Positions 36,697-47,443 are shown, counted from the stretch's first letter. The stretch is DNA of 64,000 nucleotides from Abditibacterium sp. (GCA_965246885.1 OZ251992.1:2304001-2368000); one strand, 5' to 3'. Notes: a model not told the origin generated them from the letters alone. Numbers and translations are program-made.

Positions 36697-38982
36697 ATGA
36701 CCTCTCGTTTCCTCGTTCCCGTCCTCGCGGGCGCCCTTTTAGTGTCCGCGCCCCTTGGTGCTTCAGCGCAAGTGCCCATTCCTGACCCCGCAGTCGGCGC
36801 GGCGCAACCCGTCTCCGTTTTGGTGGATGGCAACCGCCTTGATTTTGGCAACTCGCCGCCCCAATCGGTCAACGGGCGCTTGCTTGTGCCGCTCCGGGCC
36901 ATCTTCGAGGCGCTCGGTGCGACCGTTGACTTTGCCAACGGGCAAGTGCGCGCCAATCGCGGCGACACGCAGTTACAACTGCAACTCGGCTCCAACCGCG
37001 CCGTTGTCAACGGGCAGACCCGCACCCTCGACGTGCCCGCGCAGGCCATCTTCGGGCGCACCTTTGTGCCGCTTCGCTTCGTTGGCGAGGCGCTCGGCGC
37101 GGGCGTTGCATTCGACAGCGCGACCCAGACTGTCACCATCACCTCCCCCGACGCCATCCAAAGCGGCGGCCCAACGGCTCCCATCTACACCGCTCCCGGC
37201 GCGGCGCAGACCATCACCGGGACCTTGCTTCGCTTGGACGCGGGCACGCCTGCCTCGCTGTCGCTGCTGGTCGGCGGGCAAATCCGCCAACTCCCAATCA
37301 ACGACGACGCCCTCGTCCTGCGGCAAATCTCCATCGCCTCTACCGCCAAGGCTGCACCCGTCCGCCAAGCGCCGCGCGCTGCCACGCTCGCCTCGCTTGT
37401 GCCCAACGAAACGCTGCGCGTCGTGCTCGATGGCGCGGGCCGCGCGAGTCAACTGACGGCGCAAGCCACCGTCGTCGTCGCGCGCGTCCAATATGGCGCG
37501 GGCGACCAGATCATCCTCGACGACACCAAAGACACCACGCTCACACTCGGCCCGAACCTGAGCTACACCGACGCGCAGGGCCGCGCCGCTACGACCGTCA
37601 ACCTCAACGCGGGCCAAAGCGTCGCGCTCTTTTTGTCGCCCCAAGGCCGCACCATCTACCGCGTTTCCAGCGACCCGCGCGACTATACCCTCGACGCCAC
37701 CAACACCGGCACCCCTACGACCGACCCGCTTCCCGGTGGCCTGCCCGCCGCCAACGCGCCTGCGGTTAGCCTTGTGCAAACCAACGCGCCCGGCCCCCTC
37801 AAAGCGGGCGCCAAGCTCACGGTCTCCGCGCGCGCAACCGCCAACTCGCAACTCACGATGAGCCTTGGCCCGCGCATCCAAAACGTGCCACTCACCGAGA
37901 ACCCCGCCGGTTCGGGCCGCTACTCCGCGACCTATACCATCCGCCCCGGCGACGACGTGCTCGCCGCGCGCGTCACGGTTCGCCTCATCAACCAAGACGG
38001 CTACGAAGCCAGCGCGCAAAGCCAAAAGCCCGTCACCGTTGACACCGTCGCGCCGCGCCTCATCGGAACCATTCCCGCCAACGGCGCCACCATTAGCCTG
38101 AGCCAGCCCAACATCGCCATTTCGGTTGACGACTTGGGCGGATCCGGCCTCGCTTCGGCGCAGATTTCCCTCGTTCAAAACGGCGTCACGACCGCCATCC
38201 CCGCAACCGTCGCGCCGCCTTCCCTCGTCAGCGCCGTGCCGCCCGTCGCTTTGTCGGGCCGCGTTCAAGTGCGCGCGCTAATTGCTGACCGCGCCGGAAA
38301 TGTGTTGCCCGTCAACTTTTCCTTTACCGTCGCGCGCGGCGCGGGCGTTGGGGCGGGCGCCATCCAGTCGTTCACGCAGGGCGCCACCCGCGCGACTGCT
38401 CCTGGCGAGGACATTCCCATCGTGCTCGTGGCGGCGGCAGGAGGCCGCGCTTCGTTCGACGTGCTCGGAGCGGGCAACGCCATCCTCGCGCGCGACCTGC
38501 CGCTCTCCGAAGACGCTGACACGCCCGGCACCTATCGCGGCACCTACCATGTCCCCGACGACGCGACGGGCCAAGTCCGCTTTGTCGGGCGCTTCGACGG
38601 GGGCGACGGCACCCTCAGTCAAAGCCCCGCTACTGCCGCCGTTACTCTCACCCCTGCCGCCGCGCCGACCAAGCTGTCCATCACCTCGCCCACCGACGGC
38701 GGGACGGTGCAAAGCCCGCTCACCATTTCGGGCACCGCCGCGCCCGGAGCGACCGTGAGCGTGTCGGTCAAAGCGACCGGCACCCAGTACTTCGTGCTCC
38801 AATATAACAACGACCTCGGCACCTTCCAAGCCCGCGCCGACGCGCAAGGCAACTGGCAAACCGCGCCCATCCCGTTCTCCAAACCCAAGAACGTGCAAGG
38901 GCTGTCGCTCGCCATTTCCGCCACGCAAACCGACGCCGCCAACCGCACGAGCGACCCGGTGGACATCACCGTCACGCCCTAA
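36697..38982 (+). CDS. Secreted protein with copper-amine-oxidase-like N-terminal (stalk) domain and Ig-like domains
   Basis: Signal peptide; GRLLVPLRAIFEALGATV and GRTFVPLRFVGEALGA motifs; VDTVAP-type Ig linkers. Confidence 0.85.
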   Translation: MTSRFLVPVLAGALLVSAPLGASAQVPIPDPAVGAAQPVSVLVDGNRLDFGNSPPQSVNGRLLVPLRAIFEALGATVDFANGQVRANRGDTQLQLQLGSNRAVVNGQTRTLDVPAQAIFGRTFVPLRFVGEALGAGVAFDSATQTVTITSPDAIQSGGPTAPIYTAPGAAQTITGTLLRLDAGTPASLSLLVGGQIRQLPINDDALVLRQISIASTAKAAPVRQAPRAATLASLVPNETLRVVLDGAGRASQLTAQATVVVARVQYGAGDQIILDDTKDTTLTLGPNLSYTDAQGRAATTVNLNAGQSVALFLSPQGRTIYRVSSDPRDYTLDATNTGTPTTDPLPGGLPAANAPAVSLVQTNAPGPLKAGAKLTVSARATANSQLTMSLGPRIQNVPLTENPAGSGRYSATYTIRPGDDVLAARVTVRLINQDGYEASAQSQKPVTVDTVAPRLIGTIPANGATISLSQPNIAISVDDLGGSGLASAQISLVQNGVTTAIPATVAPPSLVSAVPPVALSGRVQVRALIADRAGNVLPVNFSFTVARGAGVGAGAIQSFTQGATRATAPGEDIPIVLVAAAGGRASFDVLGAGNAILARDLPLSEDADTPGTYRGTYHVPDDATGQVRFVGRFDGGDGTLSQSPATAAVTLTPAAAPTKLSITSPTDGGTVQSPLTISGTAAPGATVSVSVKATGTQYFVLQYNNDLGTFQARADAQGNWQTAPIPFSKPKNVQGLSLAISATQTDAANRTSDPVDITVTP

Positions 38983-39015
38983 GGAAGAAGCCCCGCCCTA
39001 AACTGCGAGGCACTC

Positions 39016-40506
39016 ATGCCCGACAATTTACCTGTGCGCGTGCGGATGGCGCCCTCGCCGACGGGGTTCTTCCACGTCGGTAGCGCCCGCACCGCGCTGT
39101 TCTCCTTCCTGTTCGCCCGCCACCATGCGGGCACCTTCGTCCTGCGCGTCGAGGACACCGACCAATCGCGCGGGAGTGACGAATACGAGTCCGTCATTTA
39201 CGACGCCCTCGATTGGCTGGGCCTTTTTCCCGACGAAGGCCCCAAGCAGGGCGGCGCGTTCGGCCCCTACCGCCAGTCGGAACGATTCGCCACCTACGCG
39301 GCGCTCGCGCAAGAGCTACAGGAAAGCGGGCGCGCTTACTACGCTTTCGAGACCCTCGAAGAACTCAAGGCGATGCGCGATGACCAAGCCGCGCGCAAAC
39401 TGCCGCCGCGCTATAACGGCGCGCACCGCGACCTGACTGCCGCGCAAATCGCGGCGTTTCGTGCCGAGGGCCGCCAACCCGTGTTGCGCTTGCGCGTGCC
39501 CGCAGAAGGCACCACGCACTTCGACGACATCGTCTACGGCTCCATCACGTGGAAAAACGCCGAGATAGACGACTTCGTCCTCGTCAAGTCCGACGGCGGC
39601 CCCACTTACAACTTCGCCTGCGCTGTAGACGACCACCTCATGGCCATCTCCCACGTCATCCGGGGCGAGGACGGCTTGTCCAATACCCCGCGCCAACTAC
39701 TGATTTACCAAGCCTTCGGCTGGGATGTGCCCCGCTTCGCGCATTTGCCGTTCATTCTGAACAAGGAGCGCAAGAAGTACTCGAAGCGTGATGGAGCCGC
39801 CAACCTGCTTAAGGCGGGCGAGCGCGGCATCTTGCCCGATGCCATGTTCAACTTCCTCGCGCTTTTGGGCTGGAACCCCGGCAAGGGCGAAACGCAGGAG
39901 ATTTTCTCGCGCGCCGAGTTAACCGAGCGCTTCTCCTTGGAAGGCGTCAACAAAGCGGGCGCCATCTTCGACGAAGAGCGCCTCGCGTGGATGAACGCGC
40001 AATATCTGAAGGCGTTGCCCATTGCCGAGTTCATCGAGCGCGTGCGTCCGGCCCTCGCGGGCACCGACCTGTCCGACGAAGCCTACGTGCGCGGCGCCGT
40101 CGAAATGGCCCGCGAGCGCATACACGGCCTCCCCGACATCGCCAAGGGCGAAGACGCCGCCAAATACTACGGCGTCGAGAACTTCGGCGTCGGCGCGGGC
40201 TACTTCTTTTCCGACGACTTCCCCCTCGACGAAGCGGGCGCCGCCAAGCACCTTACCCCCGATAACCGCGCTCTGCTCGGCGAGTTGGCCGCGCGCTTGG
40301 GAGCTTTGGAAACCTTCGACGCGCCTTCGGTCGAAGCCGCCATCCGCGCCCAAAGCGAGGCGGCGGGCGTCAAGGTCGCTGCCCTTGTCCACCCCACCCG
40401 CCTCGCGGTATCGGGCAAAACTGTCGGGCCGAGCTTGTGGGAACTCCTCGCCTTTTTGGGCCGCGAGCGCGTCTTGCGGAGGTTAACAAAGGCGGCCTCG
40501 GCCTGA
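39016..40506 (+). CDS. gltX: Glutamate--tRNA ligase
   Basis: RMAPSPTGFFHVG, RVEDTD, YRQSER, HVIRGED and KKYSKR motifs. Confidence 0.97.
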   Translation: MPDNLPVRVRMAPSPTGFFHVGSARTALFSFLFARHHAGTFVLRVEDTDQSRGSDEYESVIYDALDWLGLFPDEGPKQGGAFGPYRQSERFATYAALAQELQESGRAYYAFETLEELKAMRDDQAARKLPPRYNGAHRDLTAAQIAAFRAEGRQPVLRLRVPAEGTTHFDDIVYGSITWKNAEIDDFVLVKSDGGPTYNFACAVDDHLMAISHVIRGEDGLSNTPRQLLIYQAFGWDVPRFAHLPFILNKERKKYSKRDGAANLLKAGERGILPDAMFNFLALLGWNPGKGETQEIFSRAELTERFSLEGVNKAGAIFDEERLAWMNAQYLKALPIAEFIERVRPALAGTDLSDEAYVRGAVEMARERIHGLPDIAKGEDAAKYYGVENFGVGAGYFFSDDFPLDEAGAAKHLTPDNRALLGELAARLGALETFDAPSVEAAIRAQSEAAGVKVAALVHPTRLAVSGKTVGPSLWELLAFLGRERVLRRLTKAASA

Positions 40507-40509
40507 GTT

Positions 40510-41214
40510 ATGCAATCCTCAACCTTCCCCCGCCCACGTGCGTTCACCCTTGTGGAAATGTTGGTCGTCGTCGCCATCCTCGGCATCCTCGCCGCCATCC
40601 TCTTCCCCGCGTTCGCGCGGGCACGGGAGAACGCGCGCCGCGCCTCGTGTATGAGCAACCTCAAGCAACTCGACTTAGGGCTTCTCCAATATACCCAAGA
40701 CTATAACGAGCGGCTCCCCAACGTGACCGACGGCGCGGCGGGCGCGGGCATGGGCGGCGGCTGGACGTTCTACTCCGCGTTTGGGCCGCCGAGTAGCGCG
40801 TTCGACCCGTCCAAAGGCTCGCTCTTTCCCTACGTCAAAAGCGCGCAAATCTACGTCTGCCCATCCGATTCCCTCGGCCAGTCGCAAGGGCAATCTTACG
40901 CCACCAACAGTTGTCTCAACCCCGGCCCACAGGACGCCACGAGCCACTTGCGAGAAGGGAAAAGTTTGGCCGCGTTTGCTGAGACTTCCAAATGGATGGC
41001 GCTGGGCGAAGAGGGCACGCCCGACAACAGCGCCACTTCAACTAACGACGGCTTCCTGTACATCAAGACAGACAGCATTTCTGATCGGCACATGGAAGGC
41101 TCGAACATCGCTTTCCTCGACGGGCACGTGAAGTGGATACGCGACACCCAGATGGAGGGCGGACACACCCAAACCGGCGGCGTCGCGCCCGCGACTGCGG
41201 GCGCTTGTTCCTAA
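40510..41214 (+). CDS. Prepilin-type N-terminal cleavage / DUF1559 / H-X9-DG protein
   Basis: [59 protein letters not shown]. Confidence 0.93.
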   Translation: MQSSTFPRPRAFTLVEMLVVVAILGILAAILFPAFARARENARRASCMSNLKQLDLGLLQYTQDYNERLPNVTDGAAGAGMGGGWTFYSAFGPPSSAFDPSKGSLFPYVKSAQIYVCPSDSLGQSQGQSYATNSCLNPGPQDATSHLREGKSLAAFAETSKWMALGEEGTPDNSATSTNDGFLYIKTDSISDRHMEGSNIAFLDGHVKWIRDTQMEGGHTQTGGVAPATAGACS

Positions 41215-41216
41215 GT

Positions 41217-41966
41217 CTACTTTGCCGTGAACCCCGCCGCCTTGAACGCTCGCCGCGCCGTTTTGCTCGACAGAAACGCCAGAAACTGCGTCGCCAAGGT
41301 GCGATTCGCGCCGCCGCGCACAAGCGCCGCCGGGTAGCGGATGGGCTTGTGGAAGCTGGGTGGCGCGGTCGCTACTATCCTGACGCCCGGCCCGGCGAGG
41401 GCGTCCGTCTTATATACGACGCCTGCGTCCACGTTGTTTGCCACGACTTGTGCCAGCACTTCGCGCACGTCCTGCCCGCGCACCGCCTTGGCATTGACCG
41501 CCTCTTCGATGCCCAAGCGCGCCAGCACCTCGCGCGCGCGGTCGCCCGCCGGAACGCCGGGGGCGCCCAAGCCCACGCGCGCCACTTCGGGGCGCGCGAG
41601 GTCGCGGAAACTTTTGAGGCGCAGCTTCGACTCGCTCGGCGCCACCAACACCAAACGGTTGCCCGCGAGGATATGGCGCGTGTCGGGTTCGATCAAATTT
41701 TTGGCGGCGAGCGCGTCCATGTTCTTATCATCGGCAGAAATGAACACGTCCACCGGCGCGCCCGCTTCGATTTGCGCGCGAAGTGTGCCCGACCCCGCGA
41801 AGTTGAACTTCGGCGCCCCGCCCGCGTGCGTGCGCCCGAAGTCGTTGCCCAGCGCGGTCAGGACATCCTTTAAACTGGCGGCGGCGGACACAGTCAAGGG
41901 CGCTTGGGCGAAGGCCGAGGGAGCGCCAAGCAACAGGGCGGCGCAAAGAGTAAGAATTGGTCGCAT
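41217..41966 (-). CDS. modA: Molybdate ABC transporter substrate-binding protein
   Basis: VSAAASL, GSGTLRAQIEAGAPVDVFISA, VPAG and GVVYKTDA motifs. Confidence 0.95.
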   Translation of the reverse strand: MRPILTLCAALLLGAPSAFAQAPLTVSAAASLKDVLTALGNDFGRTHAGGAPKFNFAGSGTLRAQIEAGAPVDVFISADDKNMDALAAKNLIEPDTRHILAGNRLVLVAPSESKLRLKSFRDLARPEVARVGLGAPGVPAGDRAREVLARLGIEEAVNAKAVRGQDVREVLAQVVANNVDAGVVYKTDALAGPGVRIVATAPPSFHKPIRYPAALVRGGANRTLATQFLAFLSSKTARRAFKAAGFTAK

Positions 41967-41971
41967 AATGA

Positions 41972-42640
41972 TCAACGGCGCGGCGAGCGCGACAGCGCAT
42001 GCGCGGCCACCACGAAGGCGCCATTAAGTAAAGCCAATAGCGCGCAATAGCGCGCCGCCGCCGGGTAGTCGCCCCCTTGCGCGGCCATGAAGATGGCCGT
42101 CGAGACCGTCGTGGTTTGCCCTTGGATGTTGCCCGCCACCAGAATCGTCGCGCCGAACTCGCCCAGCGCCCGCGCGAATGACAGGGCCGCCCCCGCCCAT
42201 AATCCCGCCGATGCAAGCGGCAAAGACACCGTCCAAAAGGAGCGCCAAGGCGTTGCTCCCAACGAGCGTGCGGTAAACTCCAGTTCGCGGTCAACGCCCG
42301 CGAACGCCGCGCGCGCCGACACGAACATCAAGGGAAACGCCACGAGTGCACTCGCCAAAGTCGCCGCCAAGGGCGAAAACAGCAGTTGCAACCCCAAATG
42401 GCGCCACAGCCACGCCCCCACCCACCCGCGCCGCCCCAACAGCAGGAGCAGCACAAACCCCGACACGACCGGCGGCAAAACGAGCGGCAAAAGCAACAGC
42501 GCTTCCACGACACTTTGCCCCCAAAAGCGCCGGGTTGAAAAGAACCGGCCCGCCAACGTCCCAGTCACGCCTACAAGCAACAGCGCCCCGGATGCGACCC
42601 GCAGCGACAGCCATACGGGTTGAAAATCGAACGAGGACAC
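41972..42640 (-). CDS. modB: Molybdate ABC transporter permease
   Basis: LPLVLPPVVSG and FARALGEFGATILVAGNI motifs; GTG start inferred. Confidence 0.93.
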   Translation of the reverse strand: MSSFDFQPVWLSLRVASGALLLVGVTGTLAGRFFSTRRFWGQSVVEALLLLPLVLPPVVSGFVLLLLLGRRGWVGAWLWRHLGLQLLFSPLAATLASALVAFPLMFVSARAAFAGVDRELEFTARSLGATPWRSFWTVSLPLASAGLWAGAALSFARALGEFGATILVAGNIQGQTTTVSTAIFMAAQGGDYPAAARYCALLALLNGAFVVAAHALSRSPRR

Positions 42641-42683
42641 GAACAAAGCGCCACAAAGGTTAGCGGGAACGGCGCCAACGGCT

Positions 42684-43595
42684 TCAAGACGCGACCGCGC
42701 CGACTTCCTCGCGGAGCGCGTTCCACAGTGGAAGGCGCGACATTTGGCCCGTCGCGGCGAACTGCGCGTCGCCCACCTCGATGACCGTCCACGCGCCGCT
42801 TTCCATTTGTCCCACGTCCACCGCCACAAAGGGAGCGCCCACGCGCCGCGCCGCTTCACGCGCAAGGGCAAAGACTTCGCGCTCCTCATCGGGCGTGAGG
42901 TCGCGCAATGGGTCGTCGCCCTCCCAGTAGTAGCCGCAGCCCAGCACCCGCGCGCCCATCAGAAAAAGGCGGAACTCGCGCCCCAACGGGAAGCCTTGGT
43001 CGGAAGTGCGCGAGTGACGCAGAGGCACAATTTGGCGGACAATGACGCGGCCCCGCGCGCGGTAAGGCAGCGAGAACATTTCGGCGACCAACGCTTCGAG
43101 TTCTTCCTTTGTATCGGCGACGCACGCCTTCCAACCCGCCGCTTTGCGCGAGCGCGCCGTGCCACGCACGAACAAGGGAAAGCCAAGCGAGCGCGTCGCT
43201 TCGTGCCACTCCTTTGGCGTCGAGCCTTCGTGCAAAACTACGCTCGCAGGCGTTAAATCGCCCAACAAAGGAAGCGCGCGGTCGAACTCCAAGGCGCGCA
43301 GATGTTCCTCGACGGTGTTGAGCAAATGGACGTTGCGCTCCCGCGCGGCGTGAAGAATCGCCTCATAACGCTCTGGCGATGGAATGAAGCCGAGCCACAC
43401 GGCGGGCGTTGGCTCAACTTGTGCTTCTATCTGCCAGAGCGCGTTGTCGGCGGTCTCGCACGCGGAAAAGTCTTTGGGAATGAAGAAGACGCGGCAGCCG
43501 ACAAGCTGGGCAGCGCGCGTCATGTCGATCATATCCTGCGCCGAGGGGCTGGCCCCCGGTTCATCGCGCCCTTCGGATAGAACAAAGAGTTCCAT
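42684..43595 (-). CDS. ATP-grasp domain protein (DUF4343/R2K-like)
   Basis: PLFVRG..RSRK, REFRLF and FVAVDVG...WTVIEVGDAQ motifs; the upstream part of the listed ORF is antisense to ispH. Confidence 0.8.
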   Translation of the reverse strand: MELFVLSEGRDEPGASPSAQDMIDMTRAAQLVGCRVFFIPKDFSACETADNALWQIEAQVEPTPAVWLGFIPSPERYEAILHAARERNVHLLNTVEEHLRALEFDRALPLLGDLTPASVVLHEGSTPKEWHEATRSLGFPLFVRGTARSRKAAGWKACVADTKEELEALVAEMFSLPYRARGRVIVRQIVPLRHSRTSDQGFPLGREFRLFLMGARVLGCGYYWEGDDPLRDLTPDEEREVFALAREAARRVGAPFVAVDVGQMESGAWTVIEVGDAQFAATGQMSRLPLWNALREEVGAVAS

Positions 43596-43700
43596 GCCCG
43601 CAAGTATGGCCCGCGCGGGGCTTTTTCGGGAAAAACGCAACACCCGTCCGCCTTTGGGCGTCTGTGTGGGGAACGCGGCGGTGCGCCCGCCCTTTGTCCT

Positions 43701-44666
43701 ATGTCCCTCGAAAAAATACTTTTGGTTCAGCCGCGCGGCTTTTGCGCGGGCGTGGTACGCGCCGTCGCCATCGTTGAGGAAGCCCTCGAAGTCACCCGCC
43801 CCATTTACGTGCGCAAGGAGATCGTTCACAACCAGACCGTTGTCAACGACTTGCGGGCGCAGGGAGCCATCTTTGTGGATGACCTTGAAGAGATTCCCGA
43901 CGGGCAGCCGGGTAAGCCCATCGTCTGCATCTTCTCGGCGCATGGCGTCTCTCCGATGGTCAAAGAGCGCGCCAAGGAGAAGAACCTCTTCGTCATTGAC
44001 GCGACGTGCCCGCTTGTGACCAAGGTTCACCTCGAAGCGATTCGCTTTGCCAAAGAGGGCTACAAAATTATCCTCATTGGCCACGACGGACACGAAGAGG
44101 TCGAGGGCACGATGGGCCAAGCGCCCTACGCCATCACACTTGTCGAGTCCATCGCGGATATAGACAAGCTCACTTTCGCGCCCGACGACAAGCTCATCTA
44201 CCTCACGCAGACCACTCTCTCCGTTGACGACACGCAGGCCATCGCCGATGCCTTGAAAGTTCGCTTTCCGCAACTGACGCCGCCGCCCAAAGACGACATC
44301 TGCTACGCCACGACGAACCGCCAGCACGCCGTCAAGCAGTTGGCGCCCAAGTGCGACCTGATTTTGGTCATAGGCGCCAAAAACTCCAGCAACTCGGTGC
44401 GCTTACGCGAAGTCGCCCGCAACTGCGGCACGCCCGCTTACTTGATAGACGACGAAACTCAACTGCGCGACGAGTGGTTCGAGGGCGTCCAAACGGTTGG
44501 CATTACGGCGGGCGCGAGCGCGCCGGAAATCATCGTTTACCGCGTCGTCGAAAACTTGTGCGAGCGCGGCGAGAACGTCGAAGTCGCGCCGCTCACCATC
44601 GCCGAAGAAAGCGTCGTCTTCAATCTGCCCAAGACCATCCAGCAGTTGCCGGTGCTAATGGGCTAA
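43701..44666 (+). CDS. ispH: 4-hydroxy-3-methylbut-2-enyl diphosphate reductase
   Basis: PRGFCAGV, IVHN, SAHG, DATCPLV, QTT, DICYAT and SSNS motifs. Confidence 0.97.
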   Translation: MSLEKILLVQPRGFCAGVVRAVAIVEEALEVTRPIYVRKEIVHNQTVVNDLRAQGAIFVDDLEEIPDGQPGKPIVCIFSAHGVSPMVKERAKEKNLFVIDATCPLVTKVHLEAIRFAKEGYKIILIGHDGHEEVEGTMGQAPYAITLVESIADIDKLTFAPDDKLIYLTQTTLSVDDTQAIADALKVRFPQLTPPPKDDICYATTNRQHAVKQLAPKCDLILVIGAKNSSNSVRLREVARNCGTPAYLIDDETQLRDEWFEGVQTVGITAGASAPEIIVYRVVENLCERGENVEVAPLTIAEESVVFNLPKTIQQLPVLMG

Positions 44667-44714
44667 GAACGGAAGTCCCACCCGCATAGGCGGACGACGG
44701 GCGCGCGTAATTCC

Positions 44715-44840
44715 CTCGTCGGCGCGACCCGGCGACTCGTCGGCGCGACCCGGCGACTCGTCGGCGCGACCCGGCGACTCGTCGGCGCGACCCGGCGACT
44801 CGTCGGCGCGACCCGGCGGACAATCCGCGCGACCCGGTGC
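44715..44840. repeat. 21-bp tandem array E (4 perfect + 2 degenerate units)
   Basis: CTCGTCGGCGCGACCCGGCGA repeated from 44715. Confidence 0.97.
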
Positions 44841-45033
44841 ATGGGCCGCTGCCGCAAATGAACGAGCGCGGCGCAGAAAGTTACCGGGGCGAAACACACG
44901 CGCAACTTCCGGGGATGATAATGTTTTGTGTTGAGCGCACGCTGGCTCAAGCGCTGGTGTTGAACGGTGGTTTTCATGGTCGTTTCTTCGGTTTGATTCT
45001 CCTGTTCCCGCGCCCAAAGCGCGAGAAGCGCGG

Positions 45034-45070
45034 CAGCCGCTCCCATTTCGTGGGGGCGGCTGTTGTGTTT
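45034..45070 (+). terminator. GC-rich stem-loop, possible terminator
   Basis: CAGCCGCTCCCA-TTTCG-TGGGGGCGGCTG (one G-U pair) followed by TTGTGTTT. Confidence 0.45.
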
Positions 45071-45118
45071 GCTGTGTTTGCGGCAAAGGCTGCAAAATGG
45101 AAAGGGCCGTTTGATTCG

Positions 45119-47443
45119 ATGCCGATTTTCACTTTGCTCCTTTGGCTCCTGCTCACGTGGGCGGCGGGCTGGTTCGCTTATCCCGTTGCGCTGCGGTTGT
45201 GTGGGCACGCCCTGCCCGATGGTGGTCTTGCGCTGGGAAGGGTGGCGTTCCTGACGCTGTGGACGCTCGCCGCTTTTTGGGCGGGGCAAGTCGGGGTGCC
45301 CATTGCGGTCGGTGCATGGGGATGGATACCGCTCGGCGTAGCGGGCTCGGTTGCCGGATGGCGGAACTGGGCGCACGTGCGGCGCGAGTTACAAGTGCGC
45401 TGGCGCGCCGTGTTAGGTGTGGAGATGGTGTTTCTCGCGGTCTTTTTGACCTTTTTCGCCCTGCGCGGTTATTGGAGCGACACGAATGGGAACAACGGCG
45501 AGAAAGCGATGGATTCGGCGCTCATCGGCACCCTCGCGCGCGCCCAAAGGCTTCCGCCGGAGAACCCCTACGCGGCGGGCGCGCGTTTGAGTTCTTACTA
45601 CATCTTCGGCCACTTGGAAACGGCGCTTCTCACGCGCGCGACCGGCACGACGGTGCGGTGGAGTTACAACCTCGAATGTGCCACCCTCCCGGCGCTTTGC
45701 GCCTCGCTGCTGTTCTCGCTGGGCGCGGGCCTGACACGGCGCTTGGATGGCGGAGCGTTCGTGGCGGGAACCGTGTTGGGCTTGGGGACGCTTCAACCCA
45801 TTGCGCAGTGGCTGCGACCGGTTGATGGGCTACTGGCGCGTCGGGCGCTTGACCCGAACATCGGACTGGTCAAAGACCTCGACTTTTTTGCGGTGTCACG
45901 GCCTCTGCCCAATGCAATTAGCGAGTTCCCTTGGTTCACCTTCAACCAAGCCGACTTGCACGCGCACTACTTCGACTTCCCCCTCGAAATCGCGCTGATG
46001 GCGCTCGCATGGGCGATTTTCCGCGCTCAGGGGGAGAAGCATCGGCGGGTGCTGATGGCGTTGGCGGGTGTTCTGTTGGGAGCGCAGATTCTGACGAACA
46101 CGTGGGATTTCCCGGCGTATGCGCTGGCTGTTGGGCTGTCGCTCCTGTTGGCGCCGCGCGCAAAGGGTGTCGCTTTGGGGCGTGGGCGGGTGGCGCCACT
46201 GATAGCGGCTCTACTGGGCGCCGTCGCCCTCGCGTTGCCGTATTTGTTGGGCATCAACACCGCCGCGCGCACGCCAACGCCCCTGCCCCAACCGGCGTCT
46301 CCCCTGCGCGAGTGGCTCTTGCTGTGGGCGCCCATAATCATTGGTTGGACGGGCTTTTGCGCGTGGCGCACCTTTCGCTTCGACGCCCGTTGGAGGTGGG
46401 CGCTGGCGATGGTCGCGGCCCTCGTGTGGGCCGGGGCGTTTTTCCAAGCGCAGTGGGGTTATCCGCCCGGTCTGGATGCGCAACCGGTGCCGACATCCGA
46501 AGCGCTGGCGAGTTGGTTTGCGCCCTTGAACCCCGCCCGATTGGTATTGCCGTTTATCGCGTGGAGCGCTTTTATCGCCGCCTTGGGCGCGCGCTATAAC
46601 CGGGGGGTTGCGCGCTTTTTGCCGTGTCTGGCGCTCGCGGGGCTGTTTGCCCTTGCGTGGAGCGAGACGACGTGGGCGGGCTTTTTGGGCGACCCGAACA
46701 ACCCGGCGTTTGGCGACTTCAAGCGGCAAGACACCGTTTTTAAGTTCGGCCTGCAAACGTGGATTTTGTGGGGCACGGCGGCGAGCGCGGGCGCTTATCT
46801 GACGCTGCGACGCTGGCCGCTCCCCTTGCGCTTGGCGATGGTGCCGCTTCTGCTGGTGATGGCGCTGTCGTCGTTTGTGGATATGCTGGGGCGGGCGCAC
46901 TCCTTCGACCCGGCGCAACGGCAGGGATGGGACGCTTGGGCGCACCTCGCCCCTCCAGAGCAAGAGGCAGCGACGTGGCTCCAAAGCCACACGGCGCCGG
47001 ACGAGAACCTCCTCGAAGCCGAGCAGAAGGAGGGGGGCGACTACTCGGTATATACCCGCTACGCCCATGCGACGGGCATCGCAACGGTGATTGGCCCCCA
47101 AGCGCACACGTTTCAGTGGAGTCCCAACCCGACCCGCGTCGCGCCCCGCCCGGAGGAAACTGCGCAGCAGTTTCTCGACCGCAAAGCAGGCGCGCAATGG
47201 GACGAGGTGGCGAAGCGTAAAGCCGACGCACGCGACGCCTTTACCACTCCACAAGCCGATACCCGCCGCGCCCTGTTGGCGAAATACGGCGTGCGCTACG
47301 TGGTTTGGGGCGAACTGGAGCGGGCGCAGTATGGAGAAGCAGCGCACACGTTGCTCGCTCGTGACCTGCTGCCCCCCGCGCGTTTTGGCTTCGATGCGCG
47401 CGATGACCCGGCGCACCGGGTGGAGATATTTCGCCGTCCGTAA
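45119..47443 (+). CDS. DUF2298 (Chlor_Arch_YYY-like) membrane protein, putative GT-C glycosyltransferase
   Basis: GEKAMD, LPPENPYAAG..SYYIFG, ISEFPWFTF..ADLHAH, TNTWDF and TVFKF motifs. Confidence 0.85.
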   Translation: MPIFTLLLWLLLTWAAGWFAYPVALRLCGHALPDGGLALGRVAFLTLWTLAAFWAGQVGVPIAVGAWGWIPLGVAGSVAGWRNWAHVRRELQVRWRAVLGVEMVFLAVFLTFFALRGYWSDTNGNNGEKAMDSALIGTLARAQRLPPENPYAAGARLSSYYIFGHLETALLTRATGTTVRWSYNLECATLPALCASLLFSLGAGLTRRLDGGAFVAGTVLGLGTLQPIAQWLRPVDGLLARRALDPNIGLVKDLDFFAVSRPLPNAISEFPWFTFNQADLHAHYFDFPLEIALMALAWAIFRAQGEKHRRVLMALAGVLLGAQILTNTWDFPAYALAVGLSLLLAPRAKGVALGRGRVAPLIAALLGAVALALPYLLGINTAARTPTPLPQPASPLREWLLLWAPIIIGWTGFCAWRTFRFDARWRWALAMVAALVWAGAFFQAQWGYPPGLDAQPVPTSEALASWFAPLNPARLVLPFIAWSAFIAALGARYNRGVARFLPCLALAGLFALAWSETTWAGFLGDPNNPAFGDFKRQDTVFKFGLQTWILWGTAASAGAYLTLRRWPLPLRLAMVPLLLVMALSSFVDMLGRAHSFDPAQRQGWDAWAHLAPPEQEAATWLQSHTAPDENLLEAEQKEGGDYSVYTRYAHATGIATVIGPQAHTFQWSPNPTRVAPRPEETAQQFLDRKAGAQWDEVAKRKADARDAFTTPQADTRRALLAKYGVRYVVWGELERAQYGEAAHTLLARDLLPPARFGFDARDDPAHRVEIFRRP

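Noticed and set aside
43596..44327. N-terminal extension of the 547-aa ATP-grasp ORF
   Set aside because: Antisense to ispH; the real start is probably ATG 43595
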